Source: Desulfatiglandales bacterium (lineage in GTDB: Bacteria > Desulfobacterota > DSM-4660 > Desulfatiglandales > HGW-15). Taken from it: 64,000 bases of DNA. The stretch is taken from assembly GCA_963667015.2 (NCBI GenBank), contig CAXXJJ010000001.1, forward strand, positions 2,624,001 through 2,688,000, in the 5' to 3' direction. Positions 56,156 to 64,000 of the stretch are shown one piece after another. The notes under the pieces are model-generated. The model searched no databases and was not told the DNA's origin. It saw nothing but the letters and a program-made list of their open reading frames with translations. A program made the position numbers and the translations under genes. Each line of letters opens with the position of its first letter. Positions within the stretch are counted from its first letter, which is position 1.

Positions 56156-59100
56156 TTATTTCCTTTTCTTCCTCGATCCCCAGAAAAACAGTGCAATTAT
56201 AAAAAGAACAAACACTGATGCCGCCCACTGCATTCCTGAAGATGTAAGCTCTGTAGACTCATCCTGCGAATCTACATCCTCCATTTTGTATCCTTCAATC
56301 TGCTCGGAATCCTTCTTGTTATCCGGCTGACTTTTTGTTTCTTCATTCTGCTTGCCGGATTTATCACTTGAATCATTACTTGCTTTTTCAGGCCCCTTTG
56401 CAAGGGCTTTAAGCAGTTCTGACCTTTCTGTTACCTGATCCTCCAGGTCTTTTTTTGCGGCCTTTTCTATTGCCAGTTTGAATTTTTCAACCATTTCAGG
56501 GGAAAGCACACCGGGGAGAGATATAATATTAACAACCATCTGATTGAGCATTGGGTTATTACAGGTATGGTCACAGCAGGCCACGCCTTTCTCTACAACA
56601 TTAACCGCGTATTCGACAGCCAGTTTCTGTGTGACATTCTCCTCGGCATCCCAGTAATCTTTTCTTACTGCCTCAAGCATTCTTGCTGTCATTGATTGAT
56701 ATGCCCATGGGCTTGCCCGGTTAAAAAACTTTTTAAGCTCAAGATCATATTTGTCTTCAACATAAACCTCATAAACCTGTTCCCATTTATCTGCATCAAC
56801 AGCGTCCTTTACAGTTACCTGCCAGCCCCACAGGTTTTCAGCAAAATCAGCCATTTGTCTTGCTCCTGCATAATCATCCTTTTTCATACCTTCTACCCAC
56901 TGGGGGTTGAGATAACGGGTTCGCATCTCTCTGCCGATTGTCTTGGAAACATTCTCAACCATGATTTCATCTTTTTTGCGGTGCATGGTAACCATGGTGT
57001 CAGGAGCTTCGCCCTTTATATTTTTAACAGCAAGAGACATTCCACCAAGGTACATGAAGAAATCATCAGTATCTATAATACCGATAACGTTTGTTGAGCG
57101 TGAATGAACAGCTATATCTACTCCACGCAGGTTTTCGGTAAATGTATCCTTTAGGGGTACTGCCCATTCACCCTGGCCTACTGCAAACTGTGCCCTGTTA
57201 ACGTATATATTACTGATCTCTTCATCATTGTCCCACAGGCCTGAAGAAGATGTCATGTCATCCACACCATTACCATAGGAACCGGGTTTCTCTGTAAATA
57301 TCCTGAAGCGTGACCGGTAATCTGCATCCTTCTCACTCATACCTTTCTTCATAAGGGCTGTTTTTATGGTCTGAGTGTTTTTTGAAATAAGATTTTCAAT
57401 ATCTGTCTGCACCATGGCAAGCTGTACTGCTTCATCAAGATAAATAAGCTTATCCGGAAACATATCTCTGTACAACCCTGACGGCTGGACCAGTACATCG
57501 ACCCTTGGCCTGCCCAGCTCCTTTCCGGGTATAACCTCCATACCTTTTACTCTTTCCGTGTTATCATAGGTAGGCTTGATTCCCATGAGGTAGAGGATAG
57601 TACTCTCATTTACACCCTCATTACGTATGGTCTCGGTGGCCCAGAGTACAACTCCAACCTTTTCAGGGTATTTACCTTCCTTTTTCATTTTCTCTTCAAT
57701 CATCTGTTCTGCAGCGCGTTTTCCTATTTCCCATGCTGCCTTTGATGGGACCTTTGCAGGAGAAAATCCATAGAAATTTCTTCCGGTGGGTATTGCCGGA
57801 AGATTTCTGAGGGGATCATTTCCCTCTCCCGGTTCCACATATTCTCCTTTAAGTGCCCGTACAAGGCTGTCCATTTCCTTTATTGGGGAACCCTCAATAT
57901 TTTTCCTGACCTGTTCTTTATCCGCATCAGGGTTCTGCTGCATAATAAGCCGGATGGTTTCAGCAGCCACATCTTTATCATAGGGTTTTCCGTATGTATG
58001 AAGACCGTAGGGAAGGGAGTTATTATCTATTTCATGGAGATACAGATGGATTTTTTCCATTGCCTCTTCATTCAATTCTGTAATCTCAAGATCATTTGCA
58101 ATACCTGTTTTCCTTATAAGGTCTTCAACCTGTTTCAGATATTCGGGCACTGTTTCACTGCCATTTGACTTTGCTATCTCATATTTATGATAAAGATCAT
58201 GGAGGTCAGCATATTCATGGTAGAGGTCAGCCTCTTTCATGGGAGGTGTTAAATGATCAATAATAACGCCTCTGCCCCTGCGTTTCACGGCTATGCCTTC
58301 CCCGATATCATCTACAATGTAGGGGTAGATATTTGGTATAGCGCCTGTCATAATTTCAGGGGGATCAGAAGGGACAAGCCCTGCCTGCTTTCCCGGAAGC
58401 CATTCATATGTGGCATGTGTGCCCAGATGAATCATGGCATCAGCATTGAATTTTTTCGCCAGCCATAAGTAGGCCGCAATATACTGATGATGGGGATAGA
58501 GTGTTTTGTCATGGTAGAGCTTCATTGGGTCATCTGTCCAGCCCCTGGCAGGCTCGGGAAGAAGTATAATGTTACCAAGTCTTACCATGGGAAATATCAT
58601 TTCCCTGTTTTTTGTCATGATAAAGCAATCTTCAGGTTCTCCCCACTGTGCCAGTACCGGCTTTTTAAAGTCTTCAGGAAGCTCATTGAACCATTTTTTA
58701 TATTCATCAATGGAAACCCTGTCTACCTCCCCTGATGCCAGTAAAAGGTCAAGTTCGCCGGGCGCCCATGAGCCTATATTTCTTCCGCTGTTCAGGATCG
58801 TTTTCTTGATATATTCTTCGGTAATCTTTTCTTCCGATTCAATGGAATAGCCTTCTTCTTTAAGGCGGATAAGAATCTGTTTTATGCTCCGGAAAACATT
58901 AAGATAGGCTGCTGCTATATTCTGCTTACCCTGGCTGTGGTTATAATAGATAAGAGCCACTTTTTTGTCTTTGTTTTCCATGCGCTGGAGGGCGGAAAGC
59001 TTTTTTAACCTTTTTATGAGGAGGTCAATAGAATCATCTATTGTCTCATATATAAAGACATCACGGCCTGTGTTGTCTTCCTTTATTTTTTTCTTTCCAA

Positions 59101-60097
59101 TAATAACAGATGGTTCTATGGACCCTGAAAGTTCAGGCGTATCCACTGCCCATACTATTTCCATTGGGCTAAGACCCTGCTCGCTTTGCCTCCATTCCTC
59201 TATTGTTTCAGCGTATGGGTTAATCACATTAAATACCGGGACATTAAGGTCTTTAAGTGTATTGAGCACCTTATTATCTATTGCGGAAACAAATTTCAGG
59301 CTGAAGGAGAGTATCATATCAACAGGCACTTTGCCTCTGACAGGGTTCAGGAAACTTGAAAAAAGGGGCTGAACAGAACCAAAACAGGGCAGTACATTGA
59401 ATCCTTCGGACTCCAGCTTTTTTATTAATGCATCTATCGCCTCTATCTGCCCCTCCTTCAGGCTGTTGTTGTAATTCATTATGCCCACACAGGGTTTCGT
59501 CTGATCAAACCCTTTTCTCCCGGAGTACCAAGCCTGATAGTCATTAATATTATCAAACAATTTGGGGGCATCAGGATGGTGAATACAGTTTTCAGGGCGT
59601 ATCTCCACAGGTTCATATTTTATTCCTGAATCAATATGTCTGTTAACGGCCAGCCTCAGCATGTTAACCATATTATTAACAGTAAGATAATTGTAATATG
59701 CCATTATCTCTTTATCAAAAATAATCCCCTTGGGGCCAAGTACCTCTGGGTCACCGGCTGTACTCAGTGAATAGACCTTTTTACCGGATATTAAATTATT
59801 ATTTATAAGGTAATCGGGAAGCTCAGACATCATGGTATGCACAAAAACGATTTTTGATTCCGAAATAAACCCGGGCGTATCTTTATTATTATTCAGATCT
59901 TCAAGCGTGAAAAAACGTATTTTTATATCTTCAGGAAGGTCTGTTTTTGAAATTGCAAGGTTTACCTGATAAGTATTGCTGTCCAGCTCCAGGATAGAAA
60001 TGTTTTCTGCCTTCGTATTTGAAAAGATTGATAAAAACAACCATACCGGGAGTAGCGTAAGTGCAGTTTTACGTAATAACAGTTTCAGCATTATCAA
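56156..60097 (-). CDS. Secreted, membrane-anchored CobN-like protein C (HmuS/BtuS-like)
   Basis: 1313 aa; signal peptide ..NTKA; HLGTHATYEWLPGK; IPTGRNFY; ACCDHTCNNP; C-terminal TM plus RKKRK. Confidence 0.9.
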   Translation of the reverse strand: MIMLKLLLRKTALTLLPVWLFLSIFSNTKAENISILELDSNTYQVNLAISKTDLPEDIKIRFFTLEDLNNNKDTPGFISESKIVFVHTMMSELPDYLINNNLISGKKVYSLSTAGDPEVLGPKGIIFDKEIMAYYNYLTVNNMVNMLRLAVNRHIDSGIKYEPVEIRPENCIHHPDAPKLFDNINDYQAWYSGRKGFDQTKPCVGIMNYNNSLKEGQIEAIDALIKKLESEGFNVLPCFGSVQPLFSSFLNPVRGKVPVDMILSFSLKFVSAIDNKVLNTLKDLNVPVFNVINPYAETIEEWRQSEQGLSPMEIVWAVDTPELSGSIEPSVIIGKKKIKEDNTGRDVFIYETIDDSIDLLIKRLKKLSALQRMENKDKKVALIYYNHSQGKQNIAAAYLNVFRSIKQILIRLKEEGYSIESEEKITEEYIKKTILNSGRNIGSWAPGELDLLLASGEVDRVSIDEYKKWFNELPEDFKKPVLAQWGEPEDCFIMTKNREMIFPMVRLGNIILLPEPARGWTDDPMKLYHDKTLYPHHQYIAAYLWLAKKFNADAMIHLGTHATYEWLPGKQAGLVPSDPPEIMTGAIPNIYPYIVDDIGEGIAVKRRGRGVIIDHLTPPMKEADLYHEYADLHDLYHKYEIAKSNGSETVPEYLKQVEDLIRKTGIANDLEITELNEEAMEKIHLYLHEIDNNSLPYGLHTYGKPYDKDVAAETIRLIMQQNPDADKEQVRKNIEGSPIKEMDSLVRALKGEYVEPGEGNDPLRNLPAIPTGRNFYGFSPAKVPSKAAWEIGKRAAEQMIEEKMKKEGKYPEKVGVVLWATETIRNEGVNESTILYLMGIKPTYDNTERVKGMEVIPGKELGRPRVDVLVQPSGLYRDMFPDKLIYLDEAVQLAMVQTDIENLISKNTQTIKTALMKKGMSEKDADYRSRFRIFTEKPGSYGNGVDDMTSSSGLWDNDEEISNIYVNRAQFAVGQGEWAVPLKDTFTENLRGVDIAVHSRSTNVIGIIDTDDFFMYLGGMSLAVKNIKGEAPDTMVTMHRKKDEIMVENVSKTIGREMRTRYLNPQWVEGMKKDDYAGARQMADFAENLWGWQVTVKDAVDADKWEQVYEVYVEDKYDLELKKFFNRASPWAYQSMTARMLEAVRKDYWDAEENVTQKLAVEYAVNVVEKGVACCDHTCNNPMLNQMVVNIISLPGVLSPEMVEKFKLAIEKAAKKDLEDQVTERSELLKALAKGPEKASNDSSDKSGKQNEETKSQPDNKKDSEQIEGYKMEDVDSQDESTELTSSGMQWAASVFVLFIIALFFWGSRKKRK

Positions 60098-62112
60098 ATT
60101 CCTTTATTGTCAGCATGGGTGACCGCATAAATCAGAGATCCGAAAGCCTTTGATAAGCCAACCGGGATTTGATCAGTCATTGGAATATTCTTTATAGAGA
60201 CATCCTTTGTCTTAGTTATCCTTTTAACTGTGTTGATACACATCTCATCAAAGGGGGCAAGGTCACTGATAAGTCCTTTGTCATATTCGTCACTTATTGT
60301 GAATGCTGTTTCCAAAAAAGATGAATAAAAGGGCAGGTCGAACAGTTTTTCAAGATCCTCAGTAACTGCCGTTTTATCTGTTTTAAGGGGATAGTATTCA
60401 ACTATTTCACTTATTTTCAGATGCCTGTCACCTAATCTTTGGAAAATGTTCCTGGGAGCCCTGATTCCATTCTGTTTATATATGGCTTCGGTAACACCTG
60501 CATGAACCGCCCTGGCTATAAGTTCACCGGTATTTGTATGGCCTCCGGCATACTCTTCAACCGGACCATTCCCCCTCACAACAAGGACATTGTCCGTGCC
60601 GGTACCTGTTGCGCCATTCTTTAAGCCGCTGTATGTGCTTCTTATGTCCATATCAAGAAGTGCGGCGGTTTTGGCCTCTGTGGCTGTAATGATTGTTCTG
60701 AGCATGGCCTGGGGAGTCAGAGTCCGGTTTGTAAGGACAATAACATTAATTGTTCCATGACTGTAATATGATCCCTCATCCTGTGAAGCCCTCTGGGCGT
60801 TTCCCCTCACACCGGCTGTTACCAGTGCCGTTACCTCAAGATCCTTGTAGGACCTTTTCTGTATTGAAAGATTATCCATGTCAGCACCGGTCATAAGGGT
60901 TGTAAACCCTGAACTGGAAAATCCGACATTCTTTTTAATGGCCTCCTTTGCTCCTGAAACACCATACGCCATTTGACCAAGACTTGCGTGCATGGGGATA
61001 TATGTATTGGCAACACCCTTAATACCAGAGAGGCTCCCATCAAAGGTCGAAGCTATATCCTGTGTGCCCGCAAAGGAAAGCACTACAGATTTATACTCCG
61101 CGTCAGCAACACGGTGCCTTACAATCTCGGCATTTATTACATATGGAACATCAACCTTTACCGGGGTCTTTTCCAGGACTGTATTCTCTGTTACGGCTTT
61201 TTCCGGGTCAGCAAAATCTTCCAGATAAACAGCTGCTGCCAGCCACTGAATAAAGTCCCCTATATGTGTTGATACCTGGCATGTGAGATTACATGGAAAC
61301 ATTGTAATCGAACCGTTCTTTATTGCATCAACATCTTTCCATCCATCCCTGTTTATAAGTTTGCGTACCGCCTTTTCATTATCGCTGCATCCGTAAATAA
61401 ACTGTGGATTAAAATTCTGCCACTGTTTAAGGGTTACCGGGACTGCAAAGCCGTTTTTACCCGATTTAAGAGGGATTCCTCCTGCTGCCTCAATCATTTC
61501 CGTCTGGAATGAATCATCTCCCGGGCATGAAATATCGGCCCCAGCCATTACACGTGCCACTCTTTTTCTTTTTTCAGGAGAGATTTTATCGGCACGGGCT
61601 TTTACAAGTGCCAGTTTTTCACGGTTGCTTTCTATTACTTTTTTCGCTTCAGGAAGGCAGTCGAATATTTTACCGATCATTTCCATCTGAGTAAAAGCAT
61701 CGTTAATAGTTTTTTCTTCAAGCACCATTATCTTGCATGGTTTATCCTTATAAAAGTCGATGATTTTTTTGTGTGATGGAGCTGCAATAATCAGATCAGG
61801 ATTGCATTCGACAACTGCTTTAGTATCAGGAGAGAAGTAACTGCCAACATTTTTAGCTGTGGCTGTCGGATTAAGCTCGAGGTCCTGCTTTGTGAGACCA
61901 GCAATACATTTCCCTTCTCCAAACTTGTAGATCATTTCAGTGATATATGTACGCAGACATACGACTCTTTCGGGTTTTTTTGTAAGGATCAGGTTATTAC
62001 CGGCAGAATCAGTAATTTTTACAAAATCTGCGCCCAATGAAAAGCCAGGTATAAAAAATGAAAAGCAAACTGAAAAAAGAAGGGCTTTGTATATTAACTG
62101 TGAAAATCTCAT
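60094..62112 (-). CDS. cbiZ: BtuF-like periplasmic binding protein fused to adenosylcobinamide amidohydrolase CbiZ
   Basis: Signal peptide; ITDSAG..KPERVVCL, NPDLII (binding protein); LMTGADM, TAGVRGNA, GTINVIV, TEAKTAAL, ATGTGTD (CbiZ). Confidence 0.85.
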   Translation of the reverse strand: MRFSQLIYKALLFSVCFSFFIPGFSLGADFVKITDSAGNNLILTKKPERVVCLRTYITEMIYKFGEGKCIAGLTKQDLELNPTATAKNVGSYFSPDTKAVVECNPDLIIAAPSHKKIIDFYKDKPCKIMVLEEKTINDAFTQMEMIGKIFDCLPEAKKVIESNREKLALVKARADKISPEKRKRVARVMAGADISCPGDDSFQTEMIEAAGGIPLKSGKNGFAVPVTLKQWQNFNPQFIYGCSDNEKAVRKLINRDGWKDVDAIKNGSITMFPCNLTCQVSTHIGDFIQWLAAAVYLEDFADPEKAVTENTVLEKTPVKVDVPYVINAEIVRHRVADAEYKSVVLSFAGTQDIASTFDGSLSGIKGVANTYIPMHASLGQMAYGVSGAKEAIKKNVGFSSSGFTTLMTGADMDNLSIQKRSYKDLEVTALVTAGVRGNAQRASQDEGSYYSHGTINVIVLTNRTLTPQAMLRTIITATEAKTAALLDMDIRSTYSGLKNGATGTGTDNVLVVRGNGPVEEYAGGHTNTGELIARAVHAGVTEAIYKQNGIRAPRNIFQRLGDRHLKISEIVEYYPLKTDKTAVTEDLEKLFDLPFYSSFLETAFTISDEYDKGLISDLAPFDEMCINTVKRITKTKDVSIKNIPMTDQIPVGLSKAFGSLIYAVTHADNKGI

Positions 62113-62130
62113 TTTTAGCTGTCCCTTTAA

Positions 62131-63999
62131 TTAAAAATTAATGTTAATGCCTGCAATGAACCTGAAACCGTCATCAGGATAACCTGCATGGACTTCATAA
62201 TCCGTATCAAGAAGGTTGTCTATGTGAAGGTAAATTTCACCCTTATGGCTCATTATGGTGACCGGATGTATTATCTTCATATTCATTGCTGCATAACTGT
62301 CCAGTTTTTCTTCCTGATCAGTGCCCGGACTGCTGTATTGACTGCTGTTTCCTTTTACGGTTGCCTCGATTCTGGTCCTTGAGGGCAGGTTGAATTTTCC
62401 GGTTACCTTTAATGTCTGATCTGGAGAATAGGCCAGCACACTTCCTGTGTCCTTGTTTTCAGTGTCCTGGTAGATGTAGCTTATATCCATTGTAATATTT
62501 CCGTTAACCGGCAGCTTTAACGCTAACTCAATACCCTGTTTGTATGCCTTTGAGGTATTGATCGGCCTGTAAATCAGGTCTTCACCCCTTACATGTGTAA
62601 TGAGATCCTCAGTTTCTGTCCTGAAGATAGATGCGTTGAGTACGGTGTTTTTATCAAAAATATGTGAGAGGCTGAGATCAAAGGCATATACCTTTTCTTC
62701 ATCAAGGTCAGGGTTGCCTCTTACCAGGTCGATTGATCCATGGCTTGGCTGATATAGCTGATTAAATGTAGGTATTACGACTGAATAGCCCGCTGTGGTC
62801 TTAATTACCGTCTCAGTTGCTAAAGGATAGCTGATACCGGTACTGACAGCCGGAAAAAAACCAAAGTCATTGGTGTAGTCGCCACGGAGACCAAGGGTCC
62901 CATTGAAGTGTTCAAATTCCCTGTCCTGCTGAAGATGTATTGATACATTTTCCCTGTGGTGATCCCCCGAAAGATTATGGTCTACTCTGTTTGTCTCAAA
63001 CAGCATACCAAGCCTTTTTGCAAGCCGTTTTTCTTCATTATTCCATGTGGTTTCACAGTTTAAACCGGCTTTTAAAACATCAAGGGTCGATGTATATCCT
63101 GCCTGGGATCTGTCCCACAGGTCTACCATATCGACATATGTTTTTAGTGAATACTCTTTTTTACTCTTTAAATATCCCTTTGTCTGAAAGTCCAGAGAGC
63201 CTTTCCGGTAACGCTGCCTTGCATCCGGCGTGATGTTGTCAACAGGGCCGGACGATCCATGGCTGGAGTAGTAGTAGTTTCCATTGAGATCATATCTTTT
63301 TCCTGCAGTACCTTCCTTCTGATATTTTAAGCTCATATTCTGGCTTTCACTGTCGCTGTTGAGCCTTTTTCCATCCTTACGATTAGCTCCTGCTACAAGA
63401 AGTATTTTTTTCTTTTCACCGTTTATTATATAGCTGGCACTAATCTCTGCAGCCCCATATGAGCCCCCATTCAATTTTAAACGGCCGTTGTTATTATCCT
63501 TTTTAAAGAGCCTTTTTCCTGTATTTTTTGTTGTAATGTTTATTACTCCGCCTGCTCCTCCGGGCCCAAGCCATACCGGAACAGGAGGTTTGAATACGGT
63601 AATTTTTTCAATTATTTCAATAGGGATACTTCCCAGGTTCACTCCGCCGTACTGGGCAGAATTGACAGGCTTTCCGTCTATCATAACAAGCACTGAGCCT
63701 GAGCCTCCGCCTCCGCGAATGGATATCCTTGCGCCGGTGCTGCTTCCTCCCTGCGATACATCCACTCCGGGCATTGAGCCTATTGCCTCACCAACCTCAA
63801 GGAAGTTTCGTTCCCTGATTTCAGACACATTCATTTCAATGATGTTCTGGGGGTTATTTTTAATGTATTCGGAAAGTTTTTTTGTGGTTGCTTCTACTTC
63901 TTCCAGTGTATAAACACCTTCATCAGTTTTATGATGCTGGGCAAAGGAGTATGATCCTGAAAGGAAAAGTGCAAATATAAAAGTAAAAAAATATTTCAT
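62131..63999 (-). CDS. TonB-dependent receptor 3
   Basis: Signal peptide; plug ISIRG..LVMIDG..IEKITV..GGVINITTK; GNPDLDEE; C-terminal ININF. Confidence 0.92.
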   Translation of the reverse strand: MKYFFTFIFALFLSGSYSFAQHHKTDEGVYTLEEVEATTKKLSEYIKNNPQNIIEMNVSEIRERNFLEVGEAIGSMPGVDVSQGGSSTGARISIRGGGGSGSVLVMIDGKPVNSAQYGGVNLGSIPIEIIEKITVFKPPVPVWLGPGGAGGVINITTKNTGKRLFKKDNNNGRLKLNGGSYGAAEISASYIINGEKKKILLVAGANRKDGKRLNSDSESQNMSLKYQKEGTAGKRYDLNGNYYYSSHGSSGPVDNITPDARQRYRKGSLDFQTKGYLKSKKEYSLKTYVDMVDLWDRSQAGYTSTLDVLKAGLNCETTWNNEEKRLAKRLGMLFETNRVDHNLSGDHHRENVSIHLQQDREFEHFNGTLGLRGDYTNDFGFFPAVSTGISYPLATETVIKTTAGYSVVIPTFNQLYQPSHGSIDLVRGNPDLDEEKVYAFDLSLSHIFDKNTVLNASIFRTETEDLITHVRGEDLIYRPINTSKAYKQGIELALKLPVNGNITMDISYIYQDTENKDTGSVLAYSPDQTLKVTGKFNLPSRTRIEATVKGNSSQYSSPGTDQEEKLDSYAAMNMKIIHPVTIMSHKGEIYLHIDNLLDTDYEVHAGYPDDGFRFIAGININF

Positions 64000-64000
64000 A

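Noticed and set aside
12606..63913. Numerous 60-165 aa plus-strand ORFs opposite the minus-strand operons
   Set aside because: Antisense shadows of well-supported genes, with no motifs or RBS. Rex is the only supported plus-strand gene in this span.
1..64000. tRNA, rRNA, integrase or intact transposase
   Set aside because: None recognised by eye or in the ORF track; tRNAscan-SE and Infernal would be needed to exclude small RNAs.

Overview
AT-rich bacterial window, probably from a diderm anaerobe such as a Desulfobacterota-like organism (inferred from TonB receptors, a secreted CbiK, Rex and an acsC remnant). It is dominated by cobalamin, cobalt and tetrapyrrole metabolism. It holds four cobalamin riboswitches and an anaerobic corrin-ring operon (cbiC-X-D-ET-L-F-G-H-A). 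There are three TonB-dependent receptors, a FecCD/BtuCDF-type ABC importer and a cytoplasmic CobN-BchD-BchI chelatase. Two hmuRSTUV/btuS-like cassettes together encode three signal-peptide-bearing, membrane-anchored CobN paralogs. Also present are a secreted CbiK, a secreted binding-protein-CbiZ fusion, and a B12-riboswitch-controlled CcsA/ResB-like pair with a degenerate WWD domain. Together these suggest, by inference only, an extracytoplasmic system for salvaging and remodelling metallo-tetrapyrroles or corrinoids. The left 14 kb is a mosaic. It contains a riboswitch-led fucose-isomerase-like / ACP-fold / SufS / SufE unit, a truncated acsC, a structured heptamer repeat family, a Gate-CbiL-like fusion, an orphan ParB-DNA methyltransferase, an esterase and corrinoid methyl-transfer genes. 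A decayed homocysteine methyltransferase fragment lies upstream of a Rex homolog with an altered dinucleotide-binding motif. No rRNA, tRNA, CRISPR array or intact transposase was seen. All family assignments come from motif recognition, not database searches.
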